Positions 23,727-34,146 of a DNA stretch of 64,000 nucleotides are shown here, in pieces. Within the stretch, counting starts at the first letter, position 1. Each line of letters opens with the position of its first letter. A program made the translations under genes and the position numbers. Source of the stretch: an uncultured Actinomycetota bacterium (GTDB lineage Bacteria > Actinomycetota > Actinomycetes > Streptosporangiales > Streptosporangiaceae); NCBI GenBank assembly GCA_963731085.1, contig CAVSUF010000019.1, positions 134,382 through 198,381 on the forward strand, in the 5' to 3' direction. A model generated the notes under the pieces. That model did no database searches. It was given only the letters and a program-made list of their open reading frames with translations, and had not been told where the DNA came from.

Positions 23727-24182
23727 CTAAACGTCCGGCGTGGCCGGGCGCGGCACGCCCGGCGCGTCCCGCGCGCTGGTGCCCAGGCCAGGGACGATGT
23801 CGCGGAGCAGGCAGCTCAGCCGGGCGGTGCATACCCGGCGACCCCGGTCATCGGTGATCACGATCTCGTAGGTGGTCATCGTGGCGCCGCCGTGGATCAG
23901 GGTGGCGACCGCGGTGACGGTGCCCTCAGCCACCGCCCGATGGTGGCTGGCGCTGATCTCGATCCCGACCGTCACCTTGTCCGGCCCGGCGTGCAGGGCC
24001 GACCCCACCGACCCGATCGTCTCGGCCAGCACGCACGACGCGCCACCGTGCAGCAGGCCGTAAGGCTGCGTGTTGCCCGCCACCGGCATCGTGGCCACGA
24101 CCTCCCGCGCGGTGGCCGAGACGATCGTGATGCCCATCCGGGCGGGCAGGGTCTCCCGCCCGGCCGCGGCGAACGCCGCCAT
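23727..24182 (-). CDS. hotdog-fold (PaaI-type) thioesterase
   Basis: MAAFAAAGRETLPARMGITIVSATAREVVATMPVAGNTQPYGLLHGGASCVLAETIGSVGSALHAG...VGIEISASHHRAVAEGTVTAVATLIHGGATMTTYEIVITDDRGRRVCTARLSC. The start may lie a little further upstream, since the ORF is open to 24449. Confidence 0.8.
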   Translation of the reverse strand: MAAFAAAGRETLPARMGITIVSATAREVVATMPVAGNTQPYGLLHGGASCVLAETIGSVGSALHAGPDKVTVGIEISASHHRAVAEGTVTAVATLIHGGATMTTYEIVITDDRGRRVCTARLSCLLRDIVPGLGTSARDAPGVPRPATPDV

Positions 24183-24341
24183 GATCCGGGCCGCGTGCGC
24201 CGCGCCCTGTCCATCCTGATCCGCCGGGCTGCGCTGCTCTTCCCGCACCTGCCCCACCTCCGGCGAGAAGCCTAGACCGGGTGGCAGGCGGGCTGGCGCG
24301 GGCTCCCGCCGCTGTCGGGGCAGGCGGCTAGACTTCCGGCC

Positions 24342-27129
24342 GTGGCAGAGACGCCGGCACCCGACCAGCCCGTTCCCGACCAGCCCGTTCCCGACCAGCC
24401 CGCTCCCGAGCCGGGCGGCGGCGGGCGGCTGCTGCTGCTCGACGGGCACTCGCTGGCCTACCGGGCGTTCTTCGCCCTGCCCGCCGAGAACTTCTCCACC
24501 ACCACCGGCCAGCCCACCAACGCCGTCTACGGCTTCACCTCCATGCTCATCAACGTCTGCGGGACGAGAAGCCCACCCACGTGGCGGTGGCCTTCGACCG
24601 CAGCGAGCCCACGTTCCGGCACGAGCAGTACGTCGAGTACAAGGCCACCCGCAAGGAGACCCCGGCCGACTTCCGGGGCCAGCTCAGCCTGATCTTCGAG
24701 GTACTGGACGCGCTGGGCGTCGCCCGGCTGTCGGTGGCCGGCGTACGAGGCCGACGACCTGATCGCCACCCTGGCCACCCAGGCCGCGCCCGGCCATGGA
24801 CGTGCTGATCGTGACGGGGGACCGGGACGCGCTGCAGCTGGTCAACGACGAGGTGACCGTGCTGATGACCCGGCGTCGGGATCAGCGACATGACCCGGTT
24901 CACCCCCGAGGCGGTGGTCGAGAAGTACGGCCTGACCCCGGCCCAGTACCCGGACTTCGCGGCGCTGCGCGGCGACCCGAGCGACAACCTGCCCAGCATC
25001 CCCGGCGTCGGCGAGAAGACCGCGGCCAAGTGGATCCGCGAGTTCGGCTCGCTGGCCGAGCTGGTCGACCGGGTCGGCGAGGTGCCCGGCAAGGCGGGCG
25101 ACAAGCTGCGCGAGCACCTGGCCGCCGTGCTGCTCAACCGTCAGCTCACCGAGCTGGCCAGGGACGTGCCGGTGGGCGCTGGGCCGGACGAGCTGCGGCC
25201 GGTGCCGTGGGAGCGGGAGAAGATCCACCAGCTGTTCGACACCCTGCAGTTCCGGGTGCTGCGCGACCGGCTGTACGCCACGCTGCCCAACGGCATCGTC
25301 GACACCGCCCAGCCCGCCGCCGGCCGCTGACGCCGAGGCGTTCGACGATGGTGGCCGACGTGCCGGCGCCCGGCGAGCTAGCCGGGTGGCTGGCCGCGCA
25401 CGCCAGCGGCCCGGGCCGGTCCGGGCTGGCCGTCACCGGCACCTGGGGCCGGGGCACCGGTGACCTGACCGGGCTGGCCATCGCGGCCCCGGACGGCGCG
25501 TGCGCGTACCTCGACCCGGCCGCGCTGATCGCCGGCCGACGACCAGGCGCTGGCCGCCTGGCTGGCCGACGCCGGCCGCCCCAAGGCGCTGCACGACGCC
25601 AAGGGGCCGATGCACGCGCTGCACGCTCGCGGCCTCACCCTGGCCGGGCTGACCAGCGACACCGCCCTGGCCGCTTACCTGGCCCTGCCCGGCCAGCGCT
25701 CGTTCGACCTGGCCGACCTGGCGCTGCGGTACCTGAGCCGGGAGCTGCGGGACGCCCCCGCCGCGTCCGGGCAGCTCACCCTGGACATGCCCGACCCCTC
25801 CCAGGCCGGCAACGCGCTGGCCCAGCGGGCGCAGGCGACCGCCGAGCTGGCCGACGCCCTGGACGCCGACCTGGCCCGGCGCGGCGCCACCGACCTGCTG
25901 GCCGAGGTCGAGCTGCCGCTGGTCAGCGTGCTGGCCGAGATGGAGCAGGCCGGCATCGCCGCCGACACCGATCACCTCATCGGCATGTCGGCCGAGCTCG
26001 GCGGCGAGGTCAAGGCGGCCGAGCAGGCGGCCTTCGCGGTGGTCGGCCACGAGTTCAACCTGGGCTCGCCCAAGCAGCTGCAGGAGGTGCTGTTCACCGA
26101 GCTGGGGCTGCCCAAGACCAAGCGGATCAAGACCGGGTACACCACCGACTCCGAGGCGCTGACCGGCCTGCTGGCCCAGACCACCAGCCCGGAGTCCCAG
26201 CAGGTGCTGGCGCAGCCTGCTGCGGCACCGGGACGTGGCCAAGCTGAAGAGCATCGTGGACATCGCTGATCCCGATGGCCGACCACGACGGCCGGATCCA
26301 CACCACCTACAACCAGATGATCGCCGCGACCGGCCGTTTGTCGTCCACCGACCCGAACCTGCAGAACATCCCGATCCGGACCGAGGAGGGCCGCCGCATC
26401 CGGCAGGGCTTCGTCGTCGGCGCCGGGTACGAGTGCCTGCTGACCGCCGACTACAGCCAGATCGAGCTGCGGATCATGGCCCACCTGTCGCAGGACGCCG
26501 CGCTGGCCGCCGCGTTCGGGTCCGGGCACGACTTCCACGCGGCCACCGCGGGCAGCGTGTTCGGCGTCGCGCCCGAGCAGGTCACCCAGGAGCTGCGCAG
26601 CCGGATCAAGGCGATGAACTACGGCCTGGCCTACGGCCTGTCGGTGTACGGGCTGTCCCAGCAGCTGCACGTGACGCCGGACGAGGCCCGCGCGCTACAT
26701 GGACGAGTACTTCGAGCAGTTCGGCGGGGTCCGCGACTACCTGCGCGAGGTGGTGGCCCGGGCGCCGCACCAACGGCTACACCCAGACGATCCTGGGCCG
26801 CCGCCGCTACCTGCCCGACCTGACCTCGGACAACCGGCAGCGCCGGGAGATGGCCGAGCGGATGGCGCTCAACGCCCCGATCCAGGGCTCGGCCGCCGAC
26901 ATCATCAAGGTCGCCATGCTGGCCGTGCAGCCGGGACCTGCGCGAGGCCGGCCTGCGCTCGCGGATGCTGCTCCAGGTCCACGACGAACTGGTGTTCGAG
27001 GTGGCGCCGGGCGAGCTGGAGGCGCTGAGGGAGATCGCCGGGCAGGCCATGGCGGGCGCCTACAGCCTGTCGATTCCGCTGGAGGTCTCCATGGGGACCG
27101 GCCGCAGCTGGGCCGAGGCAGCCCACTAG
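24342..27129 (+). pseudogene. polA: DNA polymerase I, at least ten frameshifts in this sequence
   Basis: LLLLDGHSLAYRAFFALPAENFSTTTGQPTNAVYGFTSMLINV (5'-nuclease); THVAVAFDRSEPTFRHEQYVEYKATR; VLIVTGDRDALQLV; FAALRGDPSDNLPSIPGVGEKTAAKWI; LLAEVELPLVSVLAEMEQAGIA; [37 protein letters not shown]...[15 protein letters not shown]; [22 protein letters not shown]; [12 protein letters not shown]. Stop at 27127-27129. The N-terminus carries a 15-bp x3 repeat (24360-24404, PDQPV). Confidence 0.93.
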
Positions 27130-27401
27130 GCACACCCAGGCTGACCGGCCCGTCAGCGCCACCCGGGCCTACCCCGAAGATTGACCCGCAGGCCCTGGCT
27201 CTCATATGCTGGCTGACGCGTTGTGTTCTCTTGCCGTCCGCCATGGTCGGGCAGCCTGAGGCGTGGTCGCTAGCGGGGGCCACTGCCGTTGGTGCTGGCC
27301 AGGCGAGTCAAGCCTCAAAATCCTTGGGCTTTCGTGTCGGACGCTTTGTGCACCTCGCGCGTCCGATCACAATCCTGTCCGCACCCGGAGTCCACCAACA
27401 C

Positions 27402-28876
27402 ATGACGAGCAGCACCGAGGCCACCTCGACCCCCAAAGTAGCGGTCAACGACATCGGTTCCGAGGAGGCCTTCCTCGCCGCTATCGACCTGACCATCAAG
27501 TACTTCAACGACGGCGACATCGTGGAGGGCACCGTCGTCAAGGTCGACCGAGACGAGGTTCTGCTCGACATCGGGTACAAGACCGAGGGCGTCATCCCGT
27601 CCCGCGAACTGTCGATCAAGCACGACGTCGACCCGAACGACGTCGTCAAGACCGGCGAGCACATCGAGGCCCTGGTCCTGCAGAAGGAGGACAAGGAAGG
27701 CCGCCTGATCCTGTCCAAGAAGCGCGCTCAGTACGAGCGGGCGTGGGGCACGATCGAGAAGATCAAGGACGAGGACGGCGTCGTCACCGGCACCGTCATC
27801 GAGGTGGTCAAGGGCGGCCTGATCCTGGACATCGGCCTGCGCGGCTTCCTGCCCGCGTCCCTGGTCGAGATGCGCCGGGTCCGCGACCTGCAGCCGTACG
27901 TCGGCAAGGAGATCGAAGCCAAGATCATCGAGCTGGACAAGAACCGCAACAACGTGGTCCTGTCCCGCCGGGCGTGGCTCGAGCAGACCCAGTCCGAGGT
28001 CCGCCAGAACTTCCTCAACACCCTGCAGAAGGGCCAGATCCGCAAGGGCGTCGTGTCCTCGATCGTCAACTTCGGCGCGTTCGTCGACCTCGGCGGCGTG
28101 GACGGCCTGGTGCACGTGTCCGAGCTGTCCTGGAAGCACATCGACCACCCCGGCGAGGTCGTCGAGGTCGGCCAGGAGGTCACGGTCGAGGTGCTGGACG
28201 TGGACATGGACCGCGAGCGGGTCTCGCTGTCGCTGAAGTCGACCCAGGAGGACCCGTGGCAGCAGTTCGCCCGGACCCACCAGATCGGCCAGGTCGTGCC
28301 CGGCCGGGTCACCAAGCTGGTGCCGTTCGGCGCGTTCGTCCGGGTCGAGGAGGGCATCGAGGGCCTGGTTCACATCTCCGAGCTGGCCGACCGCCACGTG
28401 GAGATCCCCGAGCAGGTCGTGCAGGTCGGCGACGAGATCTTCGTCAAGATCATCGACATCGACCTGGACCGGCGGCGGATCAGCCTGTCGCTCAAGCAGG
28501 CCAACGAGGGCGCGATCGGCGAGGCGCTGGGCGAGGAGTTCGACCCCACGCTGTACGGCATGCCCGCGACCTACGACGAGCAGGGCAACTACGTCTACCC
28601 GGACGGCTTCGACCCCGAGTCGGGGGAGTGGCTGGAGGGCTACGACACCCAGCGCGAGGAGTGGGAGCGCCAGTACACCGAGGCGCGCAACCGCTTCGAG
28701 GCGCACCAGGCCCAGGTGGCCGAGGCCCAGAGCAAGGCCAGCGAGGCCGCAGCCGAGCGGGACGACCGCGGCGGCAGTTCCTCCAGCCGCAGCGACGCGC
28801 CCGGCGACCGGGCACGCTCGCCTCGGACGAGGCCCTGGCCGCCCTGCGCGACAAGCTGTCGGGCGGGCAGAGCTGA
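27402..28876 (+). pseudogene. rpsA: 30S ribosomal protein S1, single frameshift about 70 nt before the stop
   Basis: [71 protein letters not shown] plus four S1 repeats in one frame. The conserved tail [21 protein letters not shown] (stop 28874-28876) is in the frame of ORF 27263..28876. Confidence 0.93.
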
Positions 28877-28997
28877 TCACCCCGGCACTGTCGTCCCGGA
28901 TCGTGGCGTTCGAGATCGTGGCGGGATCCTCGCGGGCAACCGCGGGTCTCCCGCCACGGCCGTCTCACCGGCCCGACGCGTCAGAGCTGAGGCACCG

Positions 28998-29609
28998 GTG
29001 CTGCGCGTAGGCCTGACCGGCGGCATCGGCGCGGGCAAGAGCGAGGTATCCCGCCGCCTGGCCGCGCACGGCGCGGTGATCATCGACGCCGACGCCATCG
29101 CCCGGGAGGTGGTCGAGCCGGGCACCAGCGGGCTGGCCGAGGTGGTCGAGGCGTTCGGCCCGGAGGTGCTGCTGCCCGACGGCCGCCTGGACCGCCCCAG
29201 GCTGGGCGACATCGTGTTCGCCGACACCGGCCGGCGGGCACGGCTGAACGCCATCGTGCACCCCCGGGTCGGCGCCCGGATGCGCGAACTGGAGGCCGCC
29301 GCCGCCCCCGGCGCGATCATCGTGAACGACGTCCCGCTGATCGCCGAAGGCCGCAGCGCCAGCCTGTACGACCTGGTCGTGGTCGTCGACGTGCCGCCGC
29401 GCATCCAGGTCGACCGGCTCGTCCGCAACCGCGGCATGACCCGCGACCAGGCCAAGGCCCGGATGGCGGCCCAGGCCAGCCGGGCCGACCGCCTGGCCAT
29501 CGCCGGCATCGTCATCGACAACTCCGGCTCCCTGGCCGAACTCGACCGCCAGGTCGGCGACCTGTGGACCGAACTGCGCCGCCTCGCCCAGCAAACCACC
29601 GGCGCCTGA
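28998..29609 (+). CDS. coaE: dephospho-CoA kinase
   Basis: GTG 28998. [54 protein letters not shown]...[10 protein letters not shown]...VNDVPLIAE. It shares a frame with rpsA in the 1124-aa track ORF but is a separate gene. Confidence 0.9.
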   Translation: MLRVGLTGGIGAGKSEVSRRLAAHGAVIIDADAIAREVVEPGTSGLAEVVEAFGPEVLLPDGRLDRPRLGDIVFADTGRRARLNAIVHPRVGARMRELEAAAAPGAIIVNDVPLIAEGRSASLYDLVVVVDVPPRIQVDRLVRNRGMTRDQAKARMAAQASRADRLAIAGIVIDNSGSLAELDRQVGDLWTELRRLAQQTTGA

Positions 29610-29627
29610 CCCAGCCCCGCCCGTCTC

Positions 29628-29658
29628 GGAGCGGGCCGGCCGTTTCCCGGCCCGCTCC
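29628..29658 (+). terminator. stem-loop downstream of coaE (possible intrinsic terminator, no U-tract)
   Basis: GGAGCGGGCCGG-ccgtttc-CCGGCCCGCTCC, a perfect 12-bp stem 19 nt after the coaE stop. Confidence 0.4.
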
Positions 29659-29890
29659 GCCTCCGCTCGGCTCGCCGGTCCCGGCCCCCTGGGCTACCCC
29701 GCTACCGTCGGCTCACCTCGTGTCGGCCGACCCCCGCCCGGTAGCGGCGAGGTCCTGAACGGAAGCGCCGGGCCGTTGTCGCCGGCCCGCATTCGCCTGG
29801 ATCGGTGCGGCATCGCGGCCGTCGCCGTGCCGGGCGTCATTCCGGACTGCTAGACGTTGCGACGCTGTACTGCAGGTTGCCGGTGATGAG

Positions 29891-32658
29891 CTAGCCGGCA
29901 TGGTGGGGGTCGGGCCGGGTGCTATAGGTGCGTCCGGCCGGGGTGGTCCACTGGAAGATGCCGGGTTCGGGCTGGGTGAGGGTCCAGCCGGGGAGTTGCT
30001 TGAGCTGGTGGTCGGTCCTGCAGGCGCCGCCGAGGTTGCATCCGCAGGTCAGGCCGCCCAGGTGATACGGGCGGGTGTGGTCGAGGTCGGCTTTCCAGGC
30101 GGGCTGGCCGCAGCGGGGGTTGCGGCAGGTCTGGTCGCGGGCGATCACAAGTTCGCGGATGCGGGGCGGGGGCCGGTAGGCGGGGCTGGCGGTGGCGTGG
30201 GCGCAGCCGCCGGGGGCGTCGCGGTCGGCTTCGGCTTCCCGGCGGGCAGCGTCCGCGGCGCGGCGGGCGGCGGCGGTGATCCGCGCGCAGACGCCGGCCA
30301 GCTCGCTCTGGCTCGGCTGGTCGCGGCCCTGCCGGTCACGTGAGCGCTGGTCACGTGAGGCCTGGTCACGTGAGGCCTGGTCACGTACAGGCTGGCCAGG
30401 GCCGGGTGGGTCGTGGCCCAGGCTAGCGGCGGGCATGACCACGGTTACCCGGCCGACAGTGGGCAGGAGCCCAGCGAAGGCAGTGCCAGCTTGCGGTGGC
30501 CTGGCCGGCGGTGATCCGGGGGATCCTGCTCGGGTTCGTCGCCGGGGGCGGCGGATCCGGGCGACGGCGATGGCGGTGCCGTCGGGGGCGGTGAGGATGA
30601 CGCGCCACTGGGTGGCGTGGTTGCGGGTGCCGAAGCGGGCGAGCTGGCGGGCCTGGGCGGCGGTGATCGGGCCGATGCGCCCGAGCGTTCCGGGCGCGTC
30701 AGTCTGGCCGGTGAGCGTGGTCCAGGGCAAGGCGAGGTCCAGCAGGCCCCCCGGCGGCCGCCCGCCCCCTCCGGCCGGGTCGGGTCTGGCCTGGTCCTGG
30801 CCGCCCGGATCGGGACCTGCCAGCCCGGGGTCGGCCGGTCCGGGGCCTGCCGGTCGGACAGCACCCGGGTCCGGGTCGGCCGGACCAGGGCAGGCAGGGT
30901 CGCGGCTGGCGGGGCCGAACCTGCCCGGGCTGATGGTGCATGCGGGTCCGACGGCGGAGGGAGCGGGTGGCCAGGCGGGGATGATGCCGGGGTCGGCGAA
31001 GTGTTCGTGCTCGAGGGGGTCGCCGTGGTCGGGGTTCCAGTCGGCGTAGCCGGGCGGGAGGGGCAGGCGGGTGTCGTGCCACCCGTCGTCGGTGGGCAAG
31101 TCGGTGTCGGTAAGCGGCGGGGCGTCGGTCCATGGCCCCGCCTGCGGCAGGTCACTGCGCGGCGGGGGAGTGCCATCGAAACATGGCTTCGGAGTGCCGT
31201 CAGCGTCCCCGCCCGGCGGTTGTTCCCGGAGGTCATTGGTCGGAGCGGAGTCTCGGTCTCTGGCGCGCGGCCGGTCCTGGCGGCTGGTTCGCGGAGCCCC
31301 GCAGCCACCGTCACCGGGCGGCTGGCCATGGCGATCCTCGCGCGGACCGTCGCCGCCGTGGCGGCCCGGCTGCGGGCCGCCACGGTCGGCTTGCGGATCG
31401 CGGCTGCCGCCGGGGTCCTGGTCGCGGTCGCGCCGGTGGGTGTCCGGCGGAGTGTCGGGGTCCTGGTCGCGGTCGGGCGGGTGGGTGTCCGGCGGAGTGT
31501 CGGGGTCCTGGTCGCGGTCGGGCGGGTGGGTGTCCGGCGGAGTGTCGGGGTCCTGGTCGCGGTCGGGCGGGCTGCCGTCGTCCTCGTCGGCGTCGGGCGG
31601 GCCTGCGTCGGGCGGGCCGTCTGCCGGGGGCGGGATGAGCGGAAGCGTCCCGAGTAACAGGCCGATGTAGGCATGGGCGCGCAGGAGGTCGATGCCGCCG
31701 CCGGCGCCGGCGGCCTTCATCGCCCGGGCCAGCGCGGACAGCCGGGCCATCGCGGCGGCGGCGTGGGCGGCGGGCAGCCGGGTCCCGGTCAGAGTGGCGG
31801 TGCAGTCCTGATCGGGGTACAAGGACACCTTGGCGCGGCGCTCGGCGGCCTGGCGGCGCTGCTCGGCGCCATCCGGGTCCGCCGCGATGACCGCGCGGCG
31901 GACCGCGGCGTGCAGCTGCGCGTACGTCTGGTCCCCCGCCCGGGGCAGCACCGCCGCCTCCACCGCGGTGGCGGCCTCGTCGGGCAGCGGGGCGACGGCC
32001 TCGGCCAGGATCCGGGCGCGGACCAGGTCGATCTCCCCGGCGGCGAGGGCGGCGGCGGTGGCGGGCAGCCGCCAGGCCAGGCTGATGGCCAGCTCGGTCC
32101 AGGCCTCTGCGCCCACCCTCGACAGGACAAGCTCCAGGGAGACCTGGGCGGCGGCGTCGCGGGTGACATGGGCCGGGCGGCCATCGGCTGCTAACCCGGC
32201 GTTCGGATCGCGGGCGGCGGAGTGGGCCGCGACCTGGGCGACCATGGCGAGCTCGCCCGCCTGCGCCCAGCACGCCACGCGCCGGAACGCAGCCGCCATC
32301 GCTACCGCGTCATGATCGGACACCGCCGCCGGGTCATGGCCCGACAGCCAGGCGGCCAGGCCCGGCCGGCCGGCAGGGCATCCGCGACCCGCCCCGCGAC
32401 ATTGACCGGGGGCGGGTCGCCGCCGCGATCGCGGGCGGCCAGCTCATCAGCCAGGTCCTCGTCCTGGTTGATGTCCTCCCAGCGCGCTGCCGACTGGCCC
32501 AGCGCCCGGTACACCGCGTCGGCGTCCAGCCCGAAGGACCAGGCCAAGCCATCGCCGGCGGCCGGGGAAGGGGCCGGGCCGGGGCCGGGACCTGCCCCGG
32601 AATCCGCCTGGGAGCCAGAGCCGCCGGGCGGCTGGGGCGGGTCACATCCATCGGCCAA
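29891..32658 (-). pseudogene. DUF222 / HNH endonuclease (REP13E12-like), one frameshift near the 5' end
   Basis: The C-terminus reads IARDQTCRNPRCGQPAWKADLDHTRPYHLGGLTCGCNLGGACRTDHQLKQLPGWTL (HNH). The N-terminal DUF222 pattern is AMAAAFRRVACWAQAGELAMVAQV...GEIDLVRARILAEA. ORF 32302..32658 (GLDADAVYRALGQSAARWEDINQDEDLADELAA...VAGRVADALPAG) is the upstream continuation in another frame. A huge Pro/Asp-rich repetitive central region is present. Confidence 0.8.
31411..31570. repeat. 45-bp tandem repeat, about 3.5 copies, inside the HNH gene (encodes PPDRDQDPDTPPDTH x3)
   Basis: gtgggtgtccggcggagtgtcggggtcctggtcgcggtcgggcgg occurs at 31436, 31481 and 31526. A second 15-bp repeat (ggtcacgtgaggcct) lies at 30334-30390. 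Confidence 0.9.
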
Positions 32659-32936
32659 CTCCGGGACCTCCTCCCTGGCACTTCCAGGCCTAGCCGCCCT
32701 GACTCTGAGCGGCAGCTGATCGATAATATTACCGATATACCCTGATACTACTCCCAGTGAGTCGAAGTCTCATTCGATTATGCCGACGGCAGACGAGCAG
32801 GCCGGCCGACTAGGTTCCCTGCCTCGCGATGTCCAGCCCGGCCCCGGCGGGCGAAAATCACTTTCGACGCTGGCGGATGTCCCGGCAGGCTAGGTCTGTC
32901 AGCGGCCAGGCCGCGTCACCACGGGGAGCCATCATC

Positions 32937-34047
32937 ATGATCATCGAGCCCGGCGCTGTCGCCCGCCTGCCCATCGACCGGCTCAGCGTGGCCGACGCCG
33001 ACGAGTGCGTGGCCCTGGCGGCGGACCGGGGCTGGCCGCCCGAGCCGGTCAAGTGGCGGCTGCTGTTCGACTTCGGCACGATCCTCGGCGCCCGCGACCC
33101 GACCGGCGGCCTGGCCGGCTGCGTGGTCCTGACCAGCTACGGCCCCAGCCTGGCCGCCATCGGGATGATGCTGGTGGCGGCCCGGCACGAGGGCCAGGGC
33201 CTGGGCCGGGCGCTGCTCGGCCGCGCCCTGTCCCTGGCCGGCAGCGCGGTCACGATGCTGTTCGCGACCGAGAGCGGCCTGCCGCTGTACGAGCGGATGG
33301 GATTCCAGCCCGCCGACGTCTCGATACGGCACATCGGCGAGTTCACGACAACGCCAGCGGCGGGGCCACGCGCGCCCGCCGGGCCGGCCGTGTCTACCAG
33401 GTCTGTCGCGTCGCCGGGTCTGGCTCGTCTGCCGGGCCTGTCGCGTCTGCCGGGGCTGCCGCGCCGCCGGGCCTGTCGCGTCTGCCCGGGCTGGCTCGTC
33501 TGCCGGGCCTGTCGCGCCTGCCGGGGCTGCCGGGTCCGTGGCGTCGGCCGGGGCTGCCGGGTCTGTTCCACTTGCCCGCCTCGCCGATCCGGGCGGTCAC
33601 CTGACGGTGGCCCCGGCCTCGGCGGCGGACCTGCCGGAGATCGCTGCCCTGGACCGCCGGGTGCTGGGCGCTGACCGGGGCGCCCTGCTGGCCCGGCTGC
33701 CGGGAATCGCGGAGCGGTTCCTGGTGCTGAGCGACCCGGCCGGCCGGAGCGACCCGGCCGGCCGGGTCCGCGGCTACGGCGCGGCGCGGCGGCACGACAG
33801 CGGCCTGCTGCTGATCGGGCCGGTGATCGCCCCGGACGCGGCGGGCGCCGCCGCCCTGATCACTGCCCTGGCGCAGGGCGCCGGGACGGTGCGCATCGAG
33901 GTGCCGGGCTGTCACGCCGGCCTGACCGCCTGGGCCGCCGCGCACGGCCTGGCGGCGGGCTCCCGGACCACGATCATGACCCACGGCGGCGGCCTGCCCG
34001 GCCAGCCCGGGCAGGTTTTCGCCCCGCTCGATGTTGCCCTGGGGTAG
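32937..34047 (+). pseudogene. GNAT-family N-acetyltransferase with YitH-like C-terminal domain, interrupted inside a minisatellite
   Basis: MIIEPGAVARLPIDRLSVADADECVALAADRGWPPE...MMLVAARHEGQGLGRALLGRAL...LYERMGFQP is the GNAT core (Q/RxxGxG/A). The C-terminal half (ORF 33538..34047: LTVAPASAADLPEIAALDRRVLGADRGALLARL...) is in a different frame. Confidence 0.7.
33403..33575. repeat. imperfect 17-18-bp minisatellite (about 9 units, LSRLPG-like) in the GNAT linker
   Basis: Units ctgtcgcgtctgccgggg / ctggctcgtctgccgggc alternate. 17-bp variants break the reading frame. Confidence 0.85.
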
Positions 34048-34146
34048 GGCAACCGGAAGGCGGGGCCGTACTGTCAGCCCCCCGGCCTACCCTGGAAGCG
34101 TGGAGAAGACCCTGATCATCCTGCTCGCCCCTCCGGCGGAGTCGCC

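Noticed and set aside
26235-29609. 1124-aa plus-strand ORF spanning the polA tail, rpsA and coaE
   Set aside because: rpsA and coaE happen to share a frame and no stop falls in between. Clear starts (ATG 27402, GTG 28998), the shifted rpsA tail and stop (28874-28876) and a 270-bp leader show these are separate genes.
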